From Antedon mediterranea (Eukaryota; Animalia; Echinodermata), in contig NC_092674.1 of assembly GCF_964355755.1 (NCBI RefSeq), positions 28,830,001-28,894,000 on the forward strand: a DNA stretch of 64,000 bases. Reading direction: 5' to 3'. The notes beneath the pieces were generated by a model. The model searched no databases. It was not told the origin of the DNA and saw nothing but the letters and a program-made list of their open reading frames with translations. Position 1 is the stretch's first letter. Every line of letters begins with the position of its first letter. The translations under genes and the position numbers were made by a program. Shown in pieces: positions 53,577 through 63,580 of the stretch.

Positions 53577-53885
53577 AGCGTGGTTCCCACTAGCGACGCA
53601 ACGCAAGGACGTAACGCAACGCAAGTGAATTGACCAATCACAAGCGATGGCTTATTAGCTTGTGATTGCTAACTGTCAATAACTTCGCTTGTCATTGGTT
53701 AAAACGCTTGCGTTTCGTTCTAGTGGGAACCAAGCTTTAAGGATGTAACAGAAGGACGTAAACGCAACGCAAGCGTGTTAACCAATGACAAGCGACAGTT
53801 TGTATAATCCATCGCTTGTGATTGGTCAATTCACTTACGTTGCGTTACGTCCTTGTGTTGCGTCTTTAGTGGGAACCAAGCTTTA
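53577..53885. mobile_element. Two Harbinger-like MITEs in inverted arrangement
   Basis: TIR tggttcccactag / ctagtgggaacca; the second, partial copy is the reverse complement of the first. Confidence 0.75.
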
Positions 53886-54612
53886 CCAAGCTTTATACAC
53901 GGCCAAGTCTAGTTTACTGTTTACACGTTCAGAGCTCCCATCTAAACTCATTGCATACCGTTATTATGGACTTTACAAAATAAACATTTACCAATTGTAT
54001 TTTAAAGATTCAGAAATTTATTAAAAAAAGCCTATATCGTAAATGTTTCCTTATATACTGATAAAATATTATAAAACTATCTTTCCAAATATACATTCAT
54101 ATATTTATTTCTTAATCTTTTATACATAAAATATATATTTTTTTCATTAAAAACGTATATAAAGACACACTTTGTAATGGCATCATTCATCTCATAAAAT
54201 GCCTTATATTTTATCATTGTATTGCGTTTTTTTATGACATTATAAAACACTTATTTCAGTACCTATTTTATTTATATTGTGTAGACATACAAGTATTGTA
54301 AATAGATTTTAATTTTTCTGAATACATACAAAAGTGCAGATACATAAACTATAGAGGACTCACTTCTAATTTGTTGCCAATATTTAAAATATTAAAAGAC
54401 TACATTAAAACTATCTAATATAACATCGATATGTCCAGTCAATGAGATTTACTTGCATTTTATAGGCTCTATTAATATGTGCTAAATGGTTATTAAACAT
54501 TAAATTACAGAAACTAACTTTCTTCTTGGTTATAGCCTTTACCTCTTTTAGAGTTGTTACTGGTTGTTAATCGTGCATTTACTTCCGTTCCAAGTCTAAG
54601 TCCTTAACTTCA

Positions 54613-57600
54613 TCAAATATTTTCCTCTTCAACTTTGAATGTTTGTTCGTTTTTTCCTTCATCTTCCTCAACTTCTTTCTTAATAGATGGTACTTCAGTA
54701 GGATTTAATTTTATTATCCGTTTAGCAACTTCTACTACTTGTGTAGAGGTGCTTTCAAAAGCTTGTTGATTTCCAGTTACAGAGGATGCTTCACATGACG
54801 CCTTACCAGCAGAAATTGATTTCTGACGACCAAATACAGAAGTGGTACCAATTGATGTGTTGTTTCCAGAAGTAGCAGTACTGGATACTTCTTGCTTCAT
54901 CAAACAACCAGAGGTTCCAGGTTTATTTTCAAAAGGAGAGTTAACTGAAGAACCTGCAGATGGACTAGAATCTGAATGACTTCCGATTAAACCAAATCCT
55001 TGGTTGGAAGTTACAGATGTTGATTTTATTCCAAATTGAGAGTCGCCAATACTGGTTTTTGAAGAACATCCAAATACAGATGTACCAGACATTGATAGAT
55101 TTTCAAATGACAAACCTGTATCTTGTTCAGTATGACCAAGTACATTTTCTACTGGAGAGACATTAGAAGAACGTTTGCTACCTGTTGTTACTAAATCCGT
55201 GTTGGTGGAATATTGGGTTTCTACCTTTTGAGAATCACTGCTAGTTCTTGAAAAACTTCCAAATTTGGCAGGACCAAATGTTGGCTGACCTCCAAATGAG
55301 AAACCTGAAGCTGGTTTATTGCCAATGGTAGAGGTTACTGATGTTGGTTGATTTCCAAATGGAGAGGCGTTGGTGGAATCACTGCTGGTTTTTGGAAAAC
55401 TTCCAAATTTAGAGGGACCAATTGTAGGTTGACCTCCAAATGAGAAACCTGAAGCTGGTTTTTTGCCAATGGTGGAGGTTACTGATGTTTGATTTCCAAA
55501 TGGAGAGGTGTTGGTGGAATATTGGGTTATGTCGGCCTTTTGAGCATCACTGCTGGTTTTTGAAACACTTACAAATTTAGAGGGACCAATTGTTGGTTGA
55601 CCACCAAATGAGAAACCTGAAGTTGGTTCATTGCCAATGGTAGAGGTTACTGATGTTGGTTGATTTCCAAATGGAGAGGCGTTGGTGGAATCACTGCTGG
55701 TTTTTGGAAAACTTCCAAATTTAGAGGGACCAATTGTAGGTTGACCTCCAAATGAGAAACCTGAAGCTGGTTTATTGCCAATGGTGGAGGTTACTGATGT
55801 TTGATTTCCAAATGGAGAGGTGTTGGTGGAATATTGGGTTATGTCGGCTTTTTGAGCATCACTGCTGGTTTTTGAAACACTTACGAATTTAGAGGGACCA
55901 ATTGTTGGTTGACCACCAAATGAGAAACCTGAAGCTGGTTCATTGCCAATGGTAGAGGTTACTGATATTTGTTGATTTCCAAGTAACATAGATTGTTGGT
56001 TCCCAAACCCTTGAGTACCACTACTGGTTTTAAATGCATTTCCAAATGCAGAAGGACCTATTATAGCAGATTGACTTCCAAGTCCTACCCCAGAAGATGA
56101 TGCCTGACCTCCAAATACACCAGTTCCTTGTGCTGCCTGACCTCCAAATACACCAGTTCCTTGTGCTGCCTGACCTCCTAATACACCAGTTCCTTGTGAT
56201 GGTTGCCCTCCAAATACACCAGTTCCTTGTGATGGTTGCCCTCCAAATACACCAGGTCCTTGTGATGGTTGCCCTCCAAATAAGCCAGAGCTTTGTGGTG
56301 GATGCCCTCCAAATAAGCCAGAACATTGAGATGGTTGCTCTCCAAATAAGCCAGAACCTTGAGATGGTTGCCCTCCAAATAAGCCAGAACCTTGAGATGT
56401 TTGCCCTCCAAATAAGCCAGAACCTTGAGATGGTTGCCCTCCAAATAAGCCAGAACCTTGAGATGGTTGCCCTCCAAATAAGCCAGAACCTTGAGATGTT
56501 TGCCCTCCAAATACACCAGGTCCTTGAGATGGTTGTCCTCCAAATAAGCCAGAACCTTGTGATGGTTGCCCTCCAAATAAGCCAGAACCTTGAGATGGTT
56601 GCCCTCCAAATACACCAGGTCCTTGTGATGATTGCCCTCCAAATAAGCCAGAACCTTGAGATGGTTGCCCTCCAAATACACCAGGTCCTTGTGGTGGTTG
56701 CCCTCCAAATAAGCCAGAACCTTGAGATGGTTGCCCTCCAAATAAGCCAGAACCTTGAGATGGTTGCCCTCCAAATACACCAGGTCCTTGTGATGGTTGC
56801 CCTCCAAATACCACAGTTCCTTGTGATGGTTGCCCTCCAAATGAACCAGAGCTTTGTGATGTCTGAACAAATACACCAGGTCCTTGTGATGGTTGCCCTC
56901 CAAATACACCAGGTCCTTGTGGTGGTTGCCCTCCAAATAAGCCAGAACCTTGAGATGGTTGCCCTCCAAATAAGCCAGAACCTTGAGATGGTTGCCCTCC
57001 AAATAAGCCAGAACCTTGAGATGGTTGCCCTCCAAATACACCAGGTCCTTGTGATGGTTGCCCTCCAAATACCCCAGTTCCTTGTGATGGTTGCCCTCCA
57101 AATGAACCAGAGCTTTGTGATGTCTGACCAAATACACCAGGTCCTTGTGATGGTTGCCCTCCAAATAAGCCAGAACCTTGAGATGGTTGCCCTCCGAATA
57201 AGCCAGAGCTTTGTGGTGGTTGCCCTCCAAATAAGCCAGAGCTTTGTGGTGGTTGCCCTCCAAATAAGCCAGAGCTTTGTGGTGGTTGCCCTCCAAATCC
57301 ACTAATATGTTGTGATGGCTGAGTTGTGAAGACACCTCTCCCTTGTGAAGGTAGACTTCCAACATGATTTTCAATTTCTGTTTGCTGGTTTCCTCTAAAT
57401 GACACTTGTTGCAAATTTCCAGAAGATTGTTCGTTTCCAAACACTGCAGGTCGACCAAATTCAGAAGGATTTTCTTGACTTTTAAAGACTGGTTTGTCAT
57501 CTTTTAGCTGATTTCCAAAACTAAAGCCATAATTGGCTTGTTGTTCAGATGCCGGAGGTGAATCATTATTTTGAACCAGAGAAGTGGGTTGATTTTTATC

Positions 57601-57726
57601 AGGTTTATTGTTCATATTTCTTTGTATTTCATAATTTGTAAACATGTTTTTAATGCTTTTTGATGAAATGTTTGGTTGACCGAGTGATTTTCCTTTATTT
57701 GCCATATAACAATGATAACGACACTC
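54613..57726 (-). CDS. Terminal exon: Q/G/S/P-rich low-complexity domain with 37 x 11-aa FG repeats and 5 FSFG repeats
   Basis: 3.1-kb uninterrupted ORF; acceptor catttag|GAG lies in frame 21 nt upstream of the ORF Met; repeat indels preserve frame. Confidence 0.9.
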   Translation of the reverse strand, partial: ECRYHCYMANKGKSLGQPNISSKSIKNMFTNYEIQRNMNNKPDKNQPTSLVQNNDSPPASEQQANYGFSFGNQLKDDKPVFKSQENPSEFGRPAVFGNEQSSGNLQQVSFRGNQQTEIENHVGSLPSQGRGVFTTQPSQHISGFGGQPPQSSGLFGGQPPQSSGLFGGQPPQSSGLFGGQPSQGSGLFGGQPSQGPGVFGQTSQSSGSFGGQPSQGTGVFGGQPSQGPGVFGGQPSQGSGLFGGQPSQGSGLFGGQPSQGSGLFGGQPPQGPGVFGGQPSQGPGVFVQTSQSSGSFGGQPSQGTVVFGGQPSQGPGVFGGQPSQGSGLFGGQPSQGSGLFGGQPPQGPGVFGGQPSQGSGLFGGQSSQGPGVFGGQPSQGSGLFGGQPSQGSGLFGGQPSQGPGVFGGQTSQGSGLFGGQPSQGSGLFGGQPSQGSGLFGGQTSQGSGLFGGQPSQGSGLFGEQPSQCSGLFGGHPPQSSGLFGGQPSQGPGVFGGQPSQGTGVFGGQPSQGTGVLGGQAAQGTGVFGGQAAQGTGVFGGQASSSGVGLGSQSAIIGPSAFGNAFKTSSGTQGFGNQQSMLLGNQQISVTSTIGNEPASGFSFGGQPTIGPSKFVSVSKTSSDAQKADITQYSTNTSPFGNQTSVTSTIGNKPASGFSFGGQPTIGPSKFGSFPKTSSDSTNASPFGNQPTSVTSTIGNEPTSGFSFGGQPTIGPSKFVSVSKTSSDAQKADITQYSTNTSPFGNQTSVTSTIGKKPASGFSFGGQPTIGPSKFGSFPKTSSDSTNASPFGNQPTSVTSTIGNKPASGFSFGGQPTFGPAKFGSFSRTSSDSQKVETQYSTNTDLVTTGSKRSSNVSPVENVLGHTEQDTGLSFENLSMSGTSVFGCSSKTSIGDSQFGIKSTSVTSNQGFGLIGSHSDSSPSAGSSVNSPFENKPGTSGCLMKQEVSSTATSGNNTSIGTTSVFGRQKSISAGKASCEASSVTGNQQAFESTSTQVVEVAKRIIKLNPTEVPSIKKEVEEDEGKNEQTFKVEEENI

Positions 57727-60700
57727 CTAAATGAATACAGAAAAAAGTAGTATAAATATATAATTAATTTTTAAATTTCTATGTAGATTGTTTTGCCACA
57801 GACATCAATAAGGCAATTACATGGACAAGAAGAAATAAACTTATTGGTGTAAAATTACTGTAGTGGTGGTAGTGGCGATTATCAATAATTCCTTTTTTTT
57901 TAAAGTAAAGGAATCTGATGTACAATACATTAAAATAACAGCAACTATTATTGAGATTCTTCTAAATTCCTTATTGAATCAATAGTAGACTTACCTCCAA
58001 ACTAATGTTGCAAGTCTGAAAAAAAATGTTTGATATTAAAGAGAAGCTTTTTGATGATGCATTGCCTAATCCTGTCTAAAAGCAGGAAGCAACAACAAGA
58101 AAACTACCTATCATATACCAAGCCAACACATTTTACACAAATGTCATCAAATTTTGTGACACAGACACAATATATTCACTCAAGCATTAATACCGCATTG
58201 AGTAACTTCACTGAAACTGCCAACGTTTTAGTGTGTTTTGTTACAGACAATATATAGGCCAAACAACATAACTTAACAACATTATACAATAGATTGGAAA
58301 TAAACTTTGTATAAATAAAAAAGTGCAATGAAGATGATACATTTTTATCTTAATATTTATTAAGAAAATTCTTTAAAAGTCCCTAAAATATATTCCACAA
58401 AACACAATAGCCTTTCTAGGACAAACAAGGAAGATAGTATGTAGTGACTATTGTAGCCTTACCTCTACTTGCAAGCTGTTGCAGTTACAAGCATATTGTG
58501 ATGCAACACTTTCGCCTAAAAAAAAAAAAAAAAAAATCGGACTAATCAGAAAGAACTTTGACATGTAGAATGAAAGAAACTTCCAGGAGTTACGTTAAAA
58601 CGAAATTTGAAAATTAAATAATTCAGTATAGGGTAGGTTAAACAGTCACAGGCACCTCTCAAAAAAATAATGTAAAAAGGTATAGTAGTTAGTTTATTAT
58701 TATAGTTACTTCTATGACCCTTCAGTGGTATCAACATATTAGACAGGGAAAATATCAATCAAAACAAGAATAGGCTTGTCTTCTCTGTTGGTAAAATATT
58801 GCTAGTGGAAATATAGCATTACATTGTAACTCCACTCCCAAAGACTTGCAATAAGACTTTGTTTATGTACTTGTGTATATGTTTGTCTTGTAAACAGGAT
58901 TGCCACCTTTAAGAAAGATAGTGAATGAATTCGCTTATAGTTATCCTTGGCAATATGAATAATATACAACAGCAACAACAACATTTACCTGAGGGGAGTC
59001 CTGTCAACTTGAATTTCAGTTCTCCCTCACTTACAAGTTCTATGTTGACTTCTTCTACAGTGTGATTGTTAATTGTGTTGTTTAGTTCTGCATATTCACT
59101 GACAAGGTTTTGCAGTCTGCAAAATTTAAGAAAATACACTAGAGTAATACAATATGGTAAAATGTTCCTTGAATAATGAACAGATCCAAACGTTCTTGAA
59201 CTTAAGCCTTGTCTACACTATCAAACTTTATGTGACAAAAAAATGTGATGTGCCCATTACTGGACATCATGATGTCACTACCATATTTGGGCACGTCACT
59301 ACCATATTTGGGCACATCACTACCGTATTTGGGCACATCACACTTTTTGTCAAACTAGCTTGATAGTGTAGACAGAGTTTTAGCTAAAAGCAGCAAAACC
59401 ATCACAATCTAGGCAATGCTTAGGTGGTATACCATAATAGGTACTGTTGTGTCTGTATTTTAATCAATAATAAATTGTTTTAGCATTATTGAAAATTTTT
59501 TGGTATTTTATATGGTTATCTGTGACCAATTTAAGTCATTGTTTATGTGTTTGATTAAATAAAATTTGTTTAAGCGAGAGAACACATAATTAGGTACTAC
59601 TAGATACTTCGAAAAAGTAAATTGGGTTTACCTTTTTTTTTTTATTGTTTAAATAGAAAGCAAAATGTTAATCATAATTACAAATTAAACAGATACATGA
59701 ATATAGAATCACATTCTTACTTGTTTTGCAAATCCATTGATTTAGAGATGTTCTGAAAAAAGAGTTTTTTAAAAAGTATTTCAATAAATATATTTTGATA
59801 ATAACCAGAAGCATAAGGTAGATAAATTTCACAATTTACAAAAAATGGAAGTATTATGCTCAGATTTAGTTTGGACTTTTTACTATATACTGTAATACCC
59901 TGTTAACATTTCCAAGTAAAACTATGAAGTTTACACACACCATACAAAACACAGGTGTTGACGCCTCAATGGATGTAAACTCTGGAGTTACATACACATG
60001 CAACTGGGCGCACACCACACAAAACACAGGTGTTGACGCCACAATGGATGTAAACTCTGGAGTTACACACACATTTAACTGGGTGCACACCATACAAAAC
60101 ACAGGTGTTGACGCCCCAATGGATGAAAACTCTGGAGTTACACACATCTGGGCGCAGACACCATACAAAACACAGGTGTTGACGCCCCAATGGATGTAAA
60201 CTCCGGCATTCTGTTAGGTGATGTGGAAAGGGTACAGATCTTACCTGTTGATTATTGGAATTGTCAGACACTATCCCATCATGCAACAACATTCTTTCCT
60301 CCAGCTTTTCTAATTTCCTGTTTAAAACATCAATAGATTGTTTGTGTGCATCAAATTCATTACTCCTTGTTGCTATGGTTTCTTCTAACATCTTTTGTAA
60401 GCTTCCTTCTAGTGTGTCTAACCGATCCAACAGTAGAATCTTCTGACTCATAAAATACTTCATTACATTGTTGGCCTTCATCTGTAAAAACTTCATAAAC
60501 AGACAAACAAGATTGTAAATATATAATATAGTTTATAAACACTCCACAACAGGAAGAGAACATGAATTCTAAACTGCCTGGTGATTAATTAATTAATTTG
60601 TGAGAATGAGAAAAAGTCACCCCAACCAAGATTCAAACCCGGAACCTTCTCCTTGATATGCAGATGTCCTAACCATTTAGACCACTGGGGCTTTCATGGT

Positions 60701-62956
60701 ATAGTTCAAACCTGATTGGATAGCAACTCTTGGCGTGGTACAGCGGAACAGCACTAGTCCCTCGATTGTACACACGCGCACCAGAGATCAAAATGATATG
60801 CTCTCATCTTTTCATGTATATGTAATTGTAACATATTGGTGATGATGAATATATAATATAGAACAGTTTCATCACCTGCTCATAGTTACACAAATGCACC
60901 TTTTAAATGTTCTGTACTACCATAGCATTTAGCATAAAACTCCTTTATAGACAATAAGCAATTTTGTTTCAGTGACAGAGTAAGTGTTACTAAAGGAAAG
61001 AAAGTTTAAAGATGTATTGTCCCTTGAAACACAAAAAATGAAGGTCAAAATATTCTAAATTTAAAGTGGCCATATCAAAGTAATATTAAAGTTATTCACT
61101 TTAAGTCGAAAATTTGAGCCAAAAACAACAAATTTACGTAACAGGTAAATTAGTTTGATTACATTTCATCTGGAAAATCGTCACGAGCGAAAGTAAACAA
61201 AGATTTCAAACCATGAGTATGCATTATGCATATGCTAAATTAGGATTGTTTACAACTCGTCACGGTTAAGAAGGTATTTTCACACAGATCATGAGGAAGT
61301 TTTATGATTATGCATACAGAGTATCCAAACAAGCGTGTTTCATTATGGGATATGTTTTGATTGAAAACTTTGACTGCAAGTCAAAGTTATTTTTTTAACA
61401 AAAAAACGTCTGTATTTCAGTTAAATTTTTTTTTTTCTAAAAATTTGTGGTGATAGTTAATAACTATTATGATACTTCAAAATGACCCATCTTTTTTCGA
61501 AATCTTTTATTTTTTATTTTTTTGGAATTAGTCAATGGGACAATACATCTTTAAACATTTTATAAGTACTGTACTACCTAATTTTCCTTTTCTTTTATTT
61601 TAATATTATACTTACCTCCATTTGTTTTGATTTTCTTGTTTTCAAAACGAGTTTTGAAAAATCCTTACTTGAATTTAAAACATCAACCATAGAGGAACTT
61701 CTGCTCTTAAAAATGTAAGAAAAAAAGTAAATTCAATGTTATAGTTGGTGGACAGTTAATAAAATTTTCTGCTGATAAGAAAATAAAACAGCCAACGCCT
61801 ATTAAACACGCCCAATTTTTTCTCTATACTTGACTTCTGCAAGACGGCTTGTGAAAAAAAAACGTCTCTCTAGGCAATGATCAGTAACAGACAATGGTTA
61901 ATATAGCTGGCCTAATCCATCAAGATGATGGTGGTACCAGACCGTGTTTAGTTAGACTGGATAAGTGACACTATTAACAATGAACCACTTTACAAAGACA
62001 CTAACTAACCTTTGTTGTCATCTTTCCAGATATATTTTGATGAAATTTAACAGGCATCTCTGCATTTTCAATTTTAACATTTTCATATACGTTTGAACGA
62101 CCTTGTACATCAGTAGTAGCATCCTAGAACAAAAAGATCAATCAGTCAATAATTTATTGCCAGAAAATAAAAAACTTTGCTCTAGTCTAGTTTACATAAT
62201 AGAGAAAATATAGGTGAATTCTTAAATGTGAACTTAAGTGTTATGTACTAAAATACGTCTCATACAGTACCTTAATTAAATCGCTGTCTACACTATCAAA
62301 CTACAGCATAATGTGCTCTAATATGGTAGTGATATGATCATCGTGTCCATATTTGGGCACATCACATTTTGTTTTGTCTCATAAAGTCTGATAGTGTAGA
62401 CATAGGTTTATAGTTTAGCTATTCTTAGAACTATGCTTACCTGTGATGCTTGCTGATGAGTTAAAACGGAAGGAAAATCTTTAGTTGGAAAACTCTCCAT
62501 TTTATCCTTCGATTCTAGTAAAATCAACACAAATATTTTAAAGTTTTACTGGAACAATATACAAGAACACCAGAACACAATAAAGTCTCCCGTGATTAGG
62601 GGTGCCCCATGAGTGCCCCATATGAGTGCCCCATATGAGTGCCCTATATGAGTGCCCCATATGAGTTCTGTACTATAATCATTATTTTCAAATACATCAT
62701 CCTTACTTGTTGGGGAAATTGGTGCCTCGAATATATCTGTTATAACTTTAAATGTCAAGTCAATCCCGTCCTGTGTTTTTGTTGATTTGTTGCATTTTGG
62801 ACATGCAAATGAACTATCTTTAGCTATAGACTTCCTTAGAAATTGTTTGCTGCTAACTTCGTCCAATGCACATTTTCGGCAGATGCTGTGACAACAACCA
62901 AGTATGATGGAGGCACTGTTGGAGCCGAAACATACACTGCATGTGATAACTTTCAT
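54613..62956 (-). CDS. TRIM-like RING-HC/coiled-coil protein with GLFG/FSFG repeat C-terminus; exons 62956-62707, 62514-62441, 62123-62010, 61705-61616, 60481-60245, 59752-59721, 59116-58989, 58515-58463, 58015-57995, 57726-54613 (4113 nt, 1370 aa)
   Basis: Ten exons with canonical GT-AG sites and continuous phases (1,0,0,0,0,2,1,0,0) join without stops into the 1030-aa ORF. N-terminal C3HC4 RING, helical/coiled-coil exon. Confidence 0.82.
58825..58960. repeat. Dispersed repeat; related segments at ~41320-41400 and inverted at ~7340-7400
   Basis: Shared aactccactcccaaagactt...tttgtttatgta...tgtgtatatgtttgtcttgt and attgccacctttaaga. Confidence 0.6.
59930..60205. repeat. 75-bp intronic tandem repeat, about 3.5 copies
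   Basis: caaaacacaggtgttgacgcc recurs at ~59945, 60020, 60095 and 60166. Confidence 0.9.
60245..60481 (-). CDS. Coiled-coil exon (237 nt, phase 0-0)
   Basis: tttttacag|MKANNVMKYF...LDRLDTLEGSLQKMLEE...LNRKLEKLEERM...NQQ|gtaaga. Confidence 0.85.
60619..60691 (-). pseudogene. tRNA-derived sequence (Asp-like), probably part of a repeat
   Basis: gccccag/ttggggt acceptor stem, A box tggtctaaatgg, degenerate B box ggtttgaatc, anticodon loop atATCaa, followed by TTTTT; several stem mismatches. Confidence 0.55.
61010..61550. mobile_element. Non-autonomous Kolobok-like DNA transposon
   Basis: TTAA|agatgtattgtccc ... gggacaatacatct|TTAA; the TTAA TSD and AG...CT termini fit Kolobok. Confidence 0.78.
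62600..62666. repeat. 13-14-bp tandem repeat, about 5 copies
   Basis: Unit atgagtgccccat. Confidence 0.85.
62707..62956 (-). CDS. RING-HC (C3HC4) exon
   Basis: MKVITCSVCFGSNSASIILGCCHSICRKC...FACPKC; acceptor ctccag| at 62962, donor |gtaagg after 62707. Confidence 0.9.
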
Positions 62957-63199
62957 ATTCAACTGGAGTTGAGTTGAAATAACAAACAGCTATCAAAATA
63001 ATACATTAATTGTTAAAAGAAAAGTTGAATAAAATCAAAATATTATAGGCCTAATATTATAAATACCAAGCCGCCACGGCACAACTAATGACAAGTACAA
63101 GGAAGGTCTAGGGCTAGGGGACCAGGACCTTTAAGTTTAATACTAGGCCTAGGCCTAGCCTTAACTTGGCGTAGATTAAGATAGGAGGGGGTAGGGCTG

Positions 63200-63580
63200 G
63201 TGGAGCTCACCCCTCTCTAAAGTGAAATGCATGACTGATGATTTAGCTGGACTAAACAACAGCATTGAATTATACTTACTATATGCTAGGCCGGTCAAAA
63301 GCGTAAAATATAAACACCACTTTCATAGAAAACAACAACAAGCAAGACCTAAGATAGTAATAAAAACACGTCTTCTTTTCTTCTTCCTCTCCTTTCTTCC
63401 CACCTACCTCCCTCTCGCGGGTGGTGGTATTTTTGTTCAAACAATTATTATTATAGAGGGCATTATCAACAACTTGTTAAACACGTCCAATCCGACGAAA
63501 TCGACGCGTCGTGTGAAGATCGTTACAAATTTAATACCGCCCCCATCTTAGATGTACGTAATCTTCTTGTTATTGGACTG
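63200..63580 (-). promoter_or_regulatory. Putative promoter and non-coding first exon of the RING gene
   Basis: CpG-rich, GC box (ccgccccc ~63537), CCAAT on the minus strand (~63572), donor-like GG|gtgagc at ~63209. Confidence 0.5.

Noticed and set aside
56030-57500. Overlapping 402-aa (+) and 440-aa (-) ORFs
   Set aside because: Shadow frames of the 33-bp FG repeat; only the FG frame extends beyond the array and splices to upstream exons.
54613-57705. Calling the 1030-aa ORF Nup98 or another canonical nucleoporin
   Set aside because: No GLEBS or autoproteolytic domain is visible, and the exon splices in frame to RING/coiled-coil exons.
60619-60691. Functional tRNA-Asp gene
   Set aside because: Mutated T-loop, mismatched stems and an ATC anticodon point to a repeat-derived pseudogene.
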